A DNA stretch of 64,000 nucleotides, from the NCBI GenBank assembly GCA_965213925.1, contig OZ243927.1, positions 64,001 to 128,000 on the forward strand. The letters are read 5' to 3'. This document shows positions 18,945 through 28,832 of the stretch, in pieces (position 1 is the stretch's first letter; each line of letters starts with the position of its first letter). Both the position numbers and the translations under genes were made by a program. Source of the stretch: Trueperaceae bacterium (GTDB taxonomy: Bacteria > Deinococcota > Deinococci > Deinococcales > Trueperaceae). The notes under the pieces are model-generated. The model saw nothing but the letters and a program-made list of their open reading frames with translations. It was not told where the DNA came from and did no database searches.

Positions 18945-20092
18945 AAGGTCTCCTGCACCGCTAAAGTAATAGGGATTCCACCCAGTTGTTCGGATAGGTC
19001 GTGCTCGGGGTGAATATCTGGTGTGTCGTAGAGAATGAGGACTGTGCCGTATTGACCTCTTGTGACGTTATAAAGGTAGTTAGGCGTCGTACCGTCCACC
19101 GGGTCAGCAAACCGTAAGATGCTGCCGATACTCTCCCCTTCTAAAATGGGGGAACGGGTGGTGCTCTGAAAGTAGACGGTGTAGCCGCGCTGCTCGAGGT
19201 CCAAAGCGAGGCGGTAAGGTAGATGCAAATGTTCACCTGTGCCTAAAACGAGGATGTTTTCGTCTGGAGATAGGTTCAAGGACTCGAGCATTCTACTTGC
19301 ATCCACCTCTAAAGCTGCTCGTTTACCCAAGCGCCCATACTCACGGCTCACCTCGACCATCTGACCTCTTGACTCATAGCTCAAATCGGGTGGACGAAAC
19401 GAGGGGTTCGGCTCAAAGGTGTAGCGCCCTTGCAAGAGGTTGATGCGGGTCAGCGGCGCGGGCATACTGCGCTTCACCTCTCGGGGCTCACTCAACCAAT
19501 CCGTGAGGCTGACGAGGGTGATATGTTCGACGTTCGGGTTAATCTCGGCGTAGCTTCGCGCAAGGTTCGTCAGGGTCGTTCCGGTGCTTATTTCGTCGTC
19601 AACGAGCACGAGACTTCTGGCGCTCTTAAAAATCCGCTGACTTTCCGCGTTATTCGGTCTATAAATAAGGTGTCCCGTCGCGTGTGAGTGAGGTTCCCTA
19701 AAGCTGAGGGCGACGCTCGCGTCCTCTAGCTGCGCTCTCGTCGTGTGGATGAAAAGCGCATCGTCTAAACCTCTTTCTAAGCACGCCTCGAAAACGCCTT
19801 GCCCTAACCCCGTCGCCGTCTCCGCCATCGCGATAAAGAGGATAGGCTCGGGAAGTTGTAACGCCGCAATCTTTTCTGCGAGTTTCTGGTGAGTCGCCTT
19901 CACCGTGCTCGGTGGCACGCTCAAATGCTTACCCAACACCTTGCTGACGAACAAAAAGCCGCGTTTCGGGTTCGCCCGAACTGCGAAGCCGCATAGCTCG
20001 TCCAAAGCCCAATCTTGCCGAGAAAGCTCGAGTCTCAAAACCCCACTAGGCAACCTAACCATGTGCGTATCAGCAGGAGAAATGCGGCTCAT
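18932..20092 (-). CDS. Phosphoribosyltransferase with TRSP domain
   Basis: RANPKRGFLFVSKVLGKH, AETATGLG, EPHSHA, LVDDEISTG, TTRSP, NYLYN. Confidence 0.92.
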   Translation of the reverse strand: MSRISPADTHMVRLPSGVLRLELSRQDWALDELCGFAVRANPKRGFLFVSKVLGKHLSVPPSTVKATHQKLAEKIAALQLPEPILFIAMAETATGLGQGVFEACLERGLDDALFIHTTRAQLEDASVALSFREPHSHATGHLIYRPNNAESQRIFKSARSLVLVDDEISTGTTLTNLARSYAEINPNVEHITLVSLTDWLSEPREVKRSMPAPLTRINLLQGRYTFEPNPSFRPPDLSYESRGQMVEVSREYGRLGKRAALEVDASRMLESLNLSPDENILVLGTGEHLHLPYRLALDLEQRGYTVYFQSTTRSPILEGESIGSILRFADPVDGTTPNYLYNVTRGQYGTVLILYDTPDIHPEHDLSEQLGGIPITLAVQETLCAS

Positions 20093-21150
20093 CCCGCAAC
20101 CTCTTGTTCAACCTCTCCCAAGGCGAGCGCCGCGCTCCCCATCGCCACGCGCAAGCCCGTGCGCGGCTGCGGCACATCATGAGGTTCACACCTGCCTGTA
20201 AGCAGTTGCAGCGCCCAGTGGTAAAAGTTCAAGCCGCTCAGCATCGCCATCGGCAAGCCGCCGGAGGCTCTCGGGTTGATCTCCAAGAGGTAAGGTACGT
20301 CCCGCTCATCATCCTTGAACTGAATGTTGTACACCCCCGTGAGCTTCAAAGTTTTTGTCAACGCCGCCGCCATCTCGACAACGTCAGGATTGTCCTCCAA
20401 CACCTGCGCGGACCCCTCCCCTTTGCGCCGCACTACACACCGGACGAGTTCGCCTTGATGCGCCAAGCAGTCCACGCTACGCTCGTCGCCAGCTAGATAT
20501 CTCATGACTAAAAACGGGGTAAATTCGCCCGTTTCCATCTCTGCTGCTGACATGAGGTCGCGCAGATGCGCAGGCGAGATGATGAGCGCGTTGCGCAAGA
20601 GGTGGCTGAGACGCACCTCGCCCAACACGCGAAAGCCGCTCGCGAAAATGCCCTCTATAGGTTTGATGCAAAGTCTACCGTTTGGGCTGTCAGGTGAATA
20701 CTCGAGTTCTTCTAGCGCCTCGTCAAGCTCGGCCGCCGTTTTGACGACGCGGTGAAGAGGTATAGGGGCTAAGTCGGGAGGCAAGGCGGCGTAGAGGGCG
20801 GCCTTGTTCTCAACGAGTTCCAACACAGCCGGCTCTGCCGCAACGAGTAGGCGCGTTCCCACCTCTTCAAATTTCGTCCGGTTCTTAGCCAGCTCGAGCT
20901 TGTGCCGTTCGGGAATCAGCACGTCTATCTGGTGGTTTCGGCGTAGATTCAACGCCCACCGGAGATACCGCTCAACCTCTTCTCTACTTTCGGAAGTTGC
21001 GTTAGGCTCGAGCACCCTCTTGTCCGCCGCACTAAGCATCACTGCGTTGGCGCGCTTGTGGCTCGCGGTGATGACGTAGTCGCCTTCAGCTTTAAGATTT
21101 TGAATAAGCTGCGCGGTGCTCGAGAAGTTGTGATTAAACCAGATATTCAC
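20089..21150 (-). CDS. ATP-grasp protein, Ter-associated
   Basis: CIKPIEG, ERSVDCL, NIQFK, LLEINPRASGG. Confidence 0.9.
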   Translation of the reverse strand: MNIWFNHNFSSTAQLIQNLKAEGDYVITASHKRANAVMLSAADKRVLEPNATSESREEVERYLRWALNLRRNHQIDVLIPERHKLELAKNRTKFEEVGTRLLVAAEPAVLELVENKAALYAALPPDLAPIPLHRVVKTAAELDEALEELEYSPDSPNGRLCIKPIEGIFASGFRVLGEVRLSHLLRNALIISPAHLRDLMSAAEMETGEFTPFLVMRYLAGDERSVDCLAHQGELVRCVVRRKGEGSAQVLEDNPDVVEMAAALTKTLKLTGVYNIQFKDDERDVPYLLEINPRASGGLPMAMLSGLNFYHWALQLLTGRCEPHDVPQPRTGLRVAMGSAALALGEVEQEVAG

Positions 21151-21236
21151 GTTGCAAACCTCTAGGTGGACGAGTTAAGGAAAGACTCTACCGTAAGCCT
21201 TTTTACATTTTCACCACTATAACGCCTTTATTCCCG

Positions 21237-22835
21237 CTATTCCCGCGAGGATTTCGGTTTCGACTTGCGGGGCGGTTCTCGGAATTGGGTGGTGCGGTAA
21301 GGCGCTAAGTCCTCAGCGAGTTGCTGGGCTAGCTCGAGCCTTTTCGGTTTCCCCGTCGTCGTGTAGGGGACCTCTTCGCCGAAAAGGACGACTTTGGGGC
21401 ATTTTGCAAAGGGAAGTTTCGTCTTTGCGTACGCCAAGACCTCCTCTTCGGTGAGCGTGACCTCTTTTTCAGGCACCACGTAGAGCGCGACCTCTTCGCC
21501 GTAATAATTATTCTCGAAGGGAAAGGCGAGCGCAAACGCCACGCCGGGAAGGTCTCTCAGCGCCTCGTCAATCTCCAAGGGCGAGAGGTTGACGCCGCCC
21601 CGGATAATGAGTTCTTTCATCCTTCCGCTCAAGAAAAAGAACGCGCGCCCCGACTCGTCTAGTTCATAGAACCCTTGGTCGCCGCTCCAGAACCAACCGT
21701 GTTTGAACGCTTTGGCGTTCGCTTCGGAATCGTCCAGATACCCCGCCATCACGCTCTCGCCGCGCACCGCGATTTCACCGGGCTCGCCGTGCGCGGCTTT
21801 TTCTCCATTCGGCTTTAGGATGGCGACCTCGTTACAAGGGAGTGCGCAGCCGACGCTCGGAAAGCCGTAGTCCACGTACCAGCGCCGCCGCGCGTCGTCC
21901 TCCAAACTCATCGGAAACTGCGTGTTGTACGCTGTCGTCTCGCTCATGCCGAAGCCGTGGCAGATGGGCACGCCGAAGCGTTTCTCAAAGCGGAGGACGG
22001 TCTCGCTCAGAAGAGGTCCCGCGCCGCACAAGAGGGTGCGCAAGTGGCTGAGGTCGTAGCGCGAAATATCCTCGTCAGCGGAGAGAAGAAATTCTAAGAG
22101 CGTCGGCACGACGGACGCGACTACCGCCTTTTCAGACGCTAAACGCCGCCAAAAGGTTTGAGGGGAAAATTGGCGGTTCAAGATGTTGCGCCCGCCCGCT
22201 AAAAAAGAGGTCAAGCCCGTCACGACTGCGCCGTTGACGTGGTGGATGGGCAACACGGTCATCACGCCGTCGCCCGCGCCTAGAGCGTGCCAGTCGGCGG
22301 TTGCCTGAGCGTTCGCAAGCAGATTCTGTTGACTGAGCAAGACGCCCTTAGGGTCGCCTGTGGTGCCCGAGGTGTAGACGAGGAAGGCACCTCTTTCGGA
22401 GGAGGTGTGGGAGGGCTCGAGCGGCTCCAAAGCGCGAACCTCTGCCAACACATTTCCTATTGGAATCACTTGAACCGGAGCGTCCAGCTCGCCCAACCAA
22501 GCTGTCTCAGCCAGCAAGACCTCACACGCCGAGCGGCGCAGGATAAACGCTTTGCGCTCTGCGCTCTCCTCCACATTCACCGGACACGCGCACGCGCCCG
22601 TGAGCCAACATGCGAAGTAGCTGAGCAAGACTTCGGGGCGGTTTTTCGACATAATCGCGACGCGCCCACCCTCATTTACACCGCGCTGCTTCAAAAACGC
22701 CGCTAAACGTAAAGCGTCCGCCGCAAACTCCCTATAAGACCACGCACTCCGCGTTCCTTCGTCATCGTAAAAGATGAGGTAAGGCGCGTCGCGAAGGCGC
22801 GCCACAACGTCTTCAAAGGTCCCTTTGAAGTTCAC
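21237..22835 (-). CDS. AMP-dependent acyl-CoA synthetase (adenylate-forming enzyme)
   Basis: YTSGTTGDPKG, HGFGMSET, SGDQG, GRMKELIIRGG. Confidence 0.93.
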   Translation of the reverse strand: MNFKGTFEDVVARLRDAPYLIFYDDEGTRSAWSYREFAADALRLAAFLKQRGVNEGGRVAIMSKNRPEVLLSYFACWLTGACACPVNVEESAERKAFILRRSACEVLLAETAWLGELDAPVQVIPIGNVLAEVRALEPLEPSHTSSERGAFLVYTSGTTGDPKGVLLSQQNLLANAQATADWHALGAGDGVMTVLPIHHVNGAVVTGLTSFLAGGRNILNRQFSPQTFWRRLASEKAVVASVVPTLLEFLLSADEDISRYDLSHLRTLLCGAGPLLSETVLRFEKRFGVPICHGFGMSETTAYNTQFPMSLEDDARRRWYVDYGFPSVGCALPCNEVAILKPNGEKAAHGEPGEIAVRGESVMAGYLDDSEANAKAFKHGWFWSGDQGFYELDESGRAFFFLSGRMKELIIRGGVNLSPLEIDEALRDLPGVAFALAFPFENNYYGEEVALYVVPEKEVTLTEEEVLAYAKTKLPFAKCPKVVLFGEEVPYTTTGKPKRLELAQQLAEDLAPYRTTQFREPPRKSKPKSSRE

Positions 22836-22840
22836 CTAAG

Positions 22841-23362
22841 CTACGAGACCAACCGAATCGTCAGCGGATACTCGTACGGCTTGCCCTCGCTCACCCGAAT
22901 CGTCGCCACGATCGTTAAAACGATCTGCAGGACAAAGAGGACGGGGATGAGCAAAAAGCCGATGAACACAACTGCTAAAAGCGCGGCGACAATGCCGTAG
23001 ATCGTCAGCGAAATTTGAAAGTTGAGCGCCTCTTTCGCCTGTTGCTCGGCGTAAGGGGACTCGTCCTTTTTGATAAGCCAGACGACGAGCGGTCCTAAAA
23101 TATTGCCGAAGGGGATGCCCAGGTAGAGCGACAAACCCGAGAGGTGCGCCGCGACTGCCCAATTGCGAGCAGTTTTGTCTGCACCGGTTGCTACATTCGC
23201 ACTTGTGGTTGGATTCGCCGCTGTACTTGTTGCCGCTGTACTGCCAGACGTATTTCCGTCTCGCGGTGTCTCTCGTGTGCCTTGCGCCGCGCCTTTCGAA
23301 AGCGCCACGCCGCTCTCGCTCACTGCGCTTTCGCTCGCTACATTCTGTTTAGAGTCGTTCAT
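22841..23362 (-). CDS. DUF4870-family membrane protein
   Basis: AHLS...GPLVVWLIKK...AKEALNFQIS...YEYPL. Confidence 0.88.
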   Translation of the reverse strand: MNDSKQNVASESAVSESGVALSKGAAQGTRETPRDGNTSGSTAATSTAANPTTSANVATGADKTARNWAVAAHLSGLSLYLGIPFGNILGPLVVWLIKKDESPYAEQQAKEALNFQISLTIYGIVAALLAVVFIGFLLIPVLFVLQIVLTIVATIRVSEGKPYEYPLTIRLVS

Positions 23363-23419
23363 GGTTCTAAGGTAGCAGGTTTCTTGATGCGTAGCATCAG
23401 ACGAAAGTATGAACGGGAC

Positions 23420-23463
23420 CTCGTACAGATGCCTCTTTCAACTCGTACAAATGCCTCTTTCAA
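23420..23463. repeat. 22-bp tandem repeat x2 in divergent promoter region
   Basis: CTCGTACAGATGCCTCTTTCAA CTCGTACAAATGCCTCTTTCAA. Confidence 0.85.
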
Positions 23464-23491
23464 ACCTAAATTGAGGCGTTATGATACGTTT

Positions 23492-24568
23492 ATGGGGCAG
23501 TTGATTAGAATGTGGCAGTATTCATATATTCGTGTGCTTTTCTTCGTCGTCGCTGCAGCTATTCTTTACTTCTTTTTAGCAGCGACCACGGCCGTTTGGG
23601 TAAGCTTTTTGATCGCTTATACGCTCGCTTATATCGCCAATCCAGTCGTGAGCAAACTCGAGCGTGTGCGGGTGCCGCGTTGGGCGGGTGTGGCGCTCAC
23701 GATGCTCTTACTCGCCGCCTTACTGAGCGTCGCGTCATTTGTTTTAGGGCGTATCGGCTTGGAGTTGACGGGCTTTGTCGAAACGTTGCCGGAGACCGCT
23801 GCGACCGTCGAGGAGCTACCCGAGCGCATCGAACGCAATTTGTCCAACGAGTGGCAACCTTTCTTTCGGCAGAGCTTTAACACATTAGAAGCTTGGGTTG
23901 GGGGTCAGGCGAGCCGGGCGGCGGGGTGGCTCGAGGCCCACAGCAGTGACCTCATCGCGGGCTTCGCTAGCTTAGTCGGCGGCATTTTCCAGTTCTTTAT
24001 CACCTTGGTCTTGACCACGTATCTGCTCTACAGCTTCCCCGACTTTAGCCATAGCTTCTATAGGCTCTTCCCGCCGAGACACCGCGAAGGCGTCAGAGAA
24101 GTCGCCTACAAGCTCGACAACGTCGTGGGAAGTTATGTGCGGGCGCAGCTCCTCGTCGCCGCGCTCGTCGGGCTCTGCGTCTGGCTCGGTCTTTGGGCGT
24201 TGGGCGTTCCGCTCCCTCTCGCCATCGGGTTTTTAGCGGGCGTCGGCAACCTCGTTCCCTTTCTAGGACCGATTTTAGCCAGCATCCCCGCGCTGCTGCT
24301 CGCCGTAGGCGAAGGTTGGGGACAAACCCTCGGGACGCTCGCCCTCTTTCTCATCGTCAACCAGGTGGACACGCACGTCTTTAGCCCGCTCATCTTGTCA
24401 AAAAGTAACCACATCCACCCTGTCACGGTGATTTTAGCGGTGCTTTTAGGGCTCAGCTTGTGGGGTATTTTAGGGGCACTTGTCGCGGTGCCTGTGGCGG
24501 CAGTTATCAAGCTCTTATACGAGGAATATTACTTGGAGAGCCGCTGGTACCGAAAGTCTAGGGCGTAA
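23492..24568 (+). CDS. AI-2E family transporter
   Basis: Hydrophobic; NLVPFLGP, IHPVTVILAVL, GALVAVP; start moved to the ATG preceded by a TATGAT -10 box. Confidence 0.9.
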   Translation: MGQLIRMWQYSYIRVLFFVVAAAILYFFLAATTAVWVSFLIAYTLAYIANPVVSKLERVRVPRWAGVALTMLLLAALLSVASFVLGRIGLELTGFVETLPETAATVEELPERIERNLSNEWQPFFRQSFNTLEAWVGGQASRAAGWLEAHSSDLIAGFASLVGGIFQFFITLVLTTYLLYSFPDFSHSFYRLFPPRHREGVREVAYKLDNVVGSYVRAQLLVAALVGLCVWLGLWALGVPLPLAIGFLAGVGNLVPFLGPILASIPALLLAVGEGWGQTLGTLALFLIVNQVDTHVFSPLILSKSNHIHPVTVILAVLLGLSLWGILGALVAVPVAAVIKLLYEEYYLESRWYRKSRA

Positions 24569-24701
24569 TACGAATTCCGATTGATTGCTGCATAAAATCT
24601 TGCAGAGTTTCTTCCGTTCCCGACGCTACGCGCTTCTGCGGAGTCAGGAGTACTTCGTGAAACTCACCTGCATCCGTATCTTTTTCAACTTGTTACATCC
24701 A

Positions 24702-24735
24702 GGTCAAATACGAAATGTTTATTTCGTATTTGACC
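24702..24735. terminator. Perfect 15-bp-stem hairpin between convergent genes
   Basis: GGTCAAATACGAAAT-GTTT-ATTTCGTATTTGACC. Confidence 0.65.
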
Positions 24736-24745
24736 GGAAACCGTA

Positions 24746-25957
24746 TTATCGCGGGGTCTCGAGGGCGCGCAGCAGCACGGTCTCCAACTGCTTCGCCAGG
24801 TCGTCGCGGGAGAAGCGCGTCTCGGCGAGGTGCCGCGCCCGCTCGCCCGCGTGCGCTAACCACGCTTGGTCACGCAGCCTCCCTAGTAGCGTCTGCGCCG
24901 AACCCGCCACATCGTGAGGGTCTAAAACCAAGCCCGCGCCGTATTCGCTCAGGAGTTCCGCCTGCCAGCCGCCGTAGTTGATGGCGACGGGCGTCCCCGC
25001 GGCGAGCGCGTCGAAGAACTTGTTCGCGGAGTTGACCCACATCTCCTCTAAGTCGATGAAGAGCGAGGTCGCCACCGTGGTGGCGGACAGGATGGCGGGC
25101 ATGTCGGCTTTAGGCACTTTAGGGATCATGAAGAAGCTCCGGTCCAGCACGCCTAACTCGCCCGCTAGCGCGCGGACCTTCGCCTCATCCGGACCGTGAC
25201 CGATGACCAAGAAGCACACGCCGGGCGCGCGCTCTCTAAGCGCGCCCGCGAGTCGCGCCAGGTAGCCGACGCCGTTGATCGTCCCGAGCGTACCCGCGTA
25301 GAGGACGAGCGGTCTGTCCCCTAACCAAGGGTACGCCGCGCGAAACGCCGCGCCCGCCGAGGCGGGCACGCGAAAGAGGTCTAGGTCCGCGCTGTTAGGG
25401 ATCACGTGAACGCGCGCTGCCGGATAGCCTGCGCGCACTACGCCCTCTTTCATCCCTGGTGAAAGGGCGACGACCTGCGCCGCGTTGCGGTAGGCAAAAT
25501 TCTCCAGCCAGCGCGCCGCCGCGACGAGCGGCCAGCCTTTAAGCGTGCCCATCGCAACGGGCAGCTCGGGCCAGAGGTCGCGCACCTCGAAAACCATCGG
25601 GATGCGTTTGCGTTTGGCGGCGTAAACCGCGGGTAGGGCTACTGTCAGCGGGGTGCTCGTCGCGAAGACGAGGTCGCCCTCTAGCTCCGCCGCCTTACGC
25701 GCCGCGCGCCAAGCGAACCTCAAGAACGCCTGAATCCGTCCGTAGGTGCCGAGCATGTTCGAGTAGGGGACAGGAAGCCAATAGACTTGGATGCCCGCTT
25801 CTCGGCTTTCGTACGCGCCGCGCGTCGCCTCTCTGTCGGCGGTGATGAGGTGAACCTCGTGACCCCATTCCACGAGACGCCGCGCCATCTCATAGGAGCG
25901 GATGCTGCCCGCCACGGCGGGCGTGTGAAAATACTGGTGCAAGTAGATGATACGCAT
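24746..25957 (-). CDS. Glycosyltransferase family 4
   Basis: MRIIYLHQYF, FEVRDLWPE, SANKFFDALAAGTP. Confidence 0.92.
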   Translation of the reverse strand: MRIIYLHQYFHTPAVAGSIRSYEMARRLVEWGHEVHLITADREATRGAYESREAGIQVYWLPVPYSNMLGTYGRIQAFLRFAWRAARKAAELEGDLVFATSTPLTVALPAVYAAKRKRIPMVFEVRDLWPELPVAMGTLKGWPLVAAARWLENFAYRNAAQVVALSPGMKEGVVRAGYPAARVHVIPNSADLDLFRVPASAGAAFRAAYPWLGDRPLVLYAGTLGTINGVGYLARLAGALRERAPGVCFLVIGHGPDEAKVRALAGELGVLDRSFFMIPKVPKADMPAILSATTVATSLFIDLEEMWVNSANKFFDALAAGTPVAINYGGWQAELLSEYGAGLVLDPHDVAGSAQTLLGRLRDQAWLAHAGERARHLAETRFSRDDLAKQLETVLLRALETPR

Positions 25958-26113
25958 GGTGCCCCGTCCGGTCGCTTCGCTAAGCACGCCCTCTATCTCG
26001 AGCCTCGCCGCCGTTCTATAAAGGATGCTTGCCGCCGAGAAGCGCGCGACCAACGCGCGTCGGCGCAGCTAGTGGCGTGGTGGAGACTTCACACCGCCTT
26101 CAAACCAACCCGG

Positions 26114-27391
26114 TCAAGGGGAAGGGTTGGGCATATTCTCGGGCACAGTCTTGCGTTTAACCGCCGAGAAGCGCGCCTGTTTTTCGCCCACGAGCGCGCG
26201 CCACGTGTCCTTATAAAAGACCGCGAGCCTGTCGCTGTCGAAGTGGCGCTCCAGGTGTTCGTAGGCCGCTTCGGTCAGCCTCCGAGCGGAGATATCGTCG
26301 GCGAATACCTCTGCGATGTGGCGAGCAGCCTCCGCCGCGTCGCCTTGCGCCACCACGAAGCCGTGCTCGCCGTGCACGAGCAACTCTTCGATGCCGGGCG
26401 TTCGGGTCGTCACGCAGATGCAGCGGCACCCCATCGCCTCCTTGATGACGTTAGGTAGACGCTCCGCGGTGTGCTGCGACATGAGCAAAAAGACCTCGGC
26501 TTGCGCCATCTCCGCGAACACGTCCGCGTGGGCGACGTGACCGCGGAAGGTGACGGCGTGGTCGATGCCGAGCGAACGGCTGAGCGCTTCTAAGCGCTCG
26601 CGCTCGGGTCCGTCGCCGAGCACCACCAGAGTCGCGTCGGACCAGCGCTCGAGCGTCCGCTGGAACACCCTCAGCACGTCGTCCATCTTCTTAAACGAGG
26701 CGAGCCGACCCGCCGTGACGATGCGCCTCTCTACTTTGCGCTGCCAGTCCACCTGTTCGAAGCGCGCCAGCTTGACGCCTCTATAGGCGACGTGGATGAG
26801 ACCTTCCTCGACCCCGAGCTGCTTGATCTCTTCGACGTTCGCTTGCGTGTGCGTCCAGACGATGTCGGCTTGGCGGGCTACGGGCGCACTGCCGCCGTAA
26901 GCTGTTTTGAGGTCGTACGCACCTAAAAAAACCGAGCTGACGATCTCCGGGTGGTGCGCCTGAACGAGGTACGCGAACATCGCGGGGTAGTGACCCCAAA
27001 AGAGGTGAACGACGTCGGGTTTGTCCCGCTCGAGCTGGCCGAAAAGCTGCAGGGAGCGCGGCACGAGCAAGGCGCTCTTGACGAGTTGCTCCAAGCGCTT
27101 GTCACGCTCCGCGCTGCCGAGACTACGACGGGCAATCCAAATGAGCAGCCGAAAGGCGAGGCTGGGCTTTCTAAGCATCATCACCAAACCGCCGAGCATG
27201 GCCCTTGCACTGCTCTGCGTTATCGGCACGTCCGCCAGGTGCCGCGCGGTCAACTCGGGCGCGGCGGGCTGCGCGAAGCGCAGCGAATGAACGGAGACGT
27301 CGACGTCGGCGTCTTTCAGCGTGCGCACGTCGTTGATTGCAAAGGTCTCTGCTAGGATGGGGAAATTCATGGTGACAAACCAAACCTTCAT
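26114..27391 (-). CDS. Glycosyltransferase family 4
   Basis: GRLASFK, GDGPER, ERLPNVIKEAM. Confidence 0.9.
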   Translation of the reverse strand: MKVWFVTMNFPILAETFAINDVRTLKDADVDVSVHSLRFAQPAAPELTARHLADVPITQSSARAMLGGLVMMLRKPSLAFRLLIWIARRSLGSAERDKRLEQLVKSALLVPRSLQLFGQLERDKPDVVHLFWGHYPAMFAYLVQAHHPEIVSSVFLGAYDLKTAYGGSAPVARQADIVWTHTQANVEEIKQLGVEEGLIHVAYRGVKLARFEQVDWQRKVERRIVTAGRLASFKKMDDVLRVFQRTLERWSDATLVVLGDGPERERLEALSRSLGIDHAVTFRGHVAHADVFAEMAQAEVFLLMSQHTAERLPNVIKEAMGCRCICVTTRTPGIEELLVHGEHGFVVAQGDAAEAARHIAEVFADDISARRLTEAAYEHLERHFDSDRLAVFYKDTWRALVGEKQARFSAVKRKTVPENMPNPSP

Positions 27392-27623
27392 AGTGTCACT
27401 CTATCACCCACACGCTGTATCGTAATCCTGCTCTCATGGACCAACTCTCATAACAATTGTCTATTGACTAGCCTAGGCGCAACACTTGCCCCTCTTTGCG
27501 GTCTATACTCTAATGTAGCACCACAAGGCTACCGCTATGTGATCATTTTACAACGACCCCCATGAGATAGATACTTCACAAAGCGTGTGCAACCTCAGTG
27601 CATATAGAATCTAGTCGTTGACG

Positions 27624-27663
27624 TGGGGTCTATAATGTGGGGCCTATGACATGGGGCCTAGCT
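27624..27663. repeat. Three 14-bp-period direct repeats (TGGGG[CT]CTA core)
   Basis: TGGGGTCTATAATG TGGGGCCTATGACA TGGGGCCTAGC. Confidence 0.7.
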
Positions 27664-27772
27664 CATCCAATTTGCTACACTGTTAAGAGGTGCGGCTCAG
27701 CGCCTCTCTCGAGACGAAATGTGCAAACACTATGACGCCGTTGCCAACGGTTGAACTGAAGGGACTGTAAAG

Positions 27773-28759
27773 ATGGAAAGACGTGACGAAGCAGATCGCG
27801 CAGCGCAGAGGAGCGCGCGCCCTTGGCGTTTAAGCGCACGCTGGTTCGCTGTCAGCTTAGCCCTGAGCATGGCGGTTGCGTTCGCACAGATCAGTGCGCC
27901 GCTGTCGCAAGAGGCGCGCGCCGCGCTAGACCGCGCTCAAGCGACTGCCGCCGAAGCGCTGCAGACGTACGAGACGTACCGCCCCGACCAGCCGCTCTTT
28001 CAGGAGGCGGTGCGCTACGGACGCGAGGCGGCGCAGCTCGCGCCCGGCAGTCCCGAACCGCTCCGCTTTTTGGCGGAGGTCTACAGCGTGACGAACTTTT
28101 ACGGTCCGGCCTTCCGAAACTGGCAGGCGTACCTAGACGCAGGCGGCACGCTGACGCGCGACATGAGGGAGCAAGCCGTCGAGGTCGGCACGGAACTCGC
28201 GTACGAGCGCTATAACCGAGACGACAAAGAGGAGGCGCTACGCCTCTACCAAGAGGTCATCGACCTCGTACCTGACAACCCCGAGGCGTACGTGTGGGCA
28301 GGGCGCATCCTTTTGGAGACGGACCGCCCCGATGAGGCCATCGCCTACTGGCAAGAGGTCGCCGACCTTAAACCCGGCGACGAGAGCGCCGAATACTTCT
28401 TAGGTCTGGCACAGGAGAGGGCGCGTTACGGCACCGAAGCGGTGACGGCGTTTAGAGAAGGGGTCAGGCTTTACGAAGCGGGCGACCGGCGCGCGGCGCG
28501 CGAGCAGTTCGCGCGGGCGACGAGCTTTAATGACCGCTACCCGGCGGCTTGGGCTTATCTAGGGCGCACCGCCTTCGAGACCGGGAACTATACCGCCGCC
28601 GAGACCTTCTACCAGAACGCCTCACAGCTCGCGCCAAATAACCAGACCTACCGCTACTTCTATGAGGAGTCGCAGCGGCGGCAGGGCGAGCAAGCGGAGT
28701 CTGAAGACGAGCAGGATGCTCAGGGCGAGCGTCCGTTCAGAGAAGAGAGCGGGAATTAG
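27773..28759 (+). CDS. Exported tetratricopeptide-repeat protein
   Basis: Signal-like segment ending AVAFA-Q; repeated TPR helices (PDNPEAY, PAAWAYLG, LAPNN). Confidence 0.85.
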   Translation: MERRDEADRAAQRSARPWRLSARWFAVSLALSMAVAFAQISAPLSQEARAALDRAQATAAEALQTYETYRPDQPLFQEAVRYGREAAQLAPGSPEPLRFLAEVYSVTNFYGPAFRNWQAYLDAGGTLTRDMREQAVEVGTELAYERYNRDDKEEALRLYQEVIDLVPDNPEAYVWAGRILLETDRPDEAIAYWQEVADLKPGDESAEYFLGLAQERARYGTEAVTAFREGVRLYEAGDRRAAREQFARATSFNDRYPAAWAYLGRTAFETGNYTAAETFYQNASQLAPNNQTYRYFYEESQRRQGEQAESEDEQDAQGERPFREESGN

Positions 28760-28832
28760 GTCGAGGCTCGAGCTTAGACGCGGAGTAGGGACGGTTCATG
28801 AATCGTCCCTGTCTTTTGCCAGCTTCTACACA

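Noticed and set aside
20089..21150. ATP-grasp as maturase (graspetide-type) for the DGINKR peptide
   Set aside because: About 37 kb away and embedded in the canonical Ter-associated module
23144..23491. Long N-terminal extension of the AI-2E ORF
   Set aside because: Overlaps DUF4870 on the opposite strand; better start at 23492
24585..24917. 110-aa plus-strand ORF
   Set aside because: Runs through repeat/terminator DNA and antisense to a GT; no recognisable features
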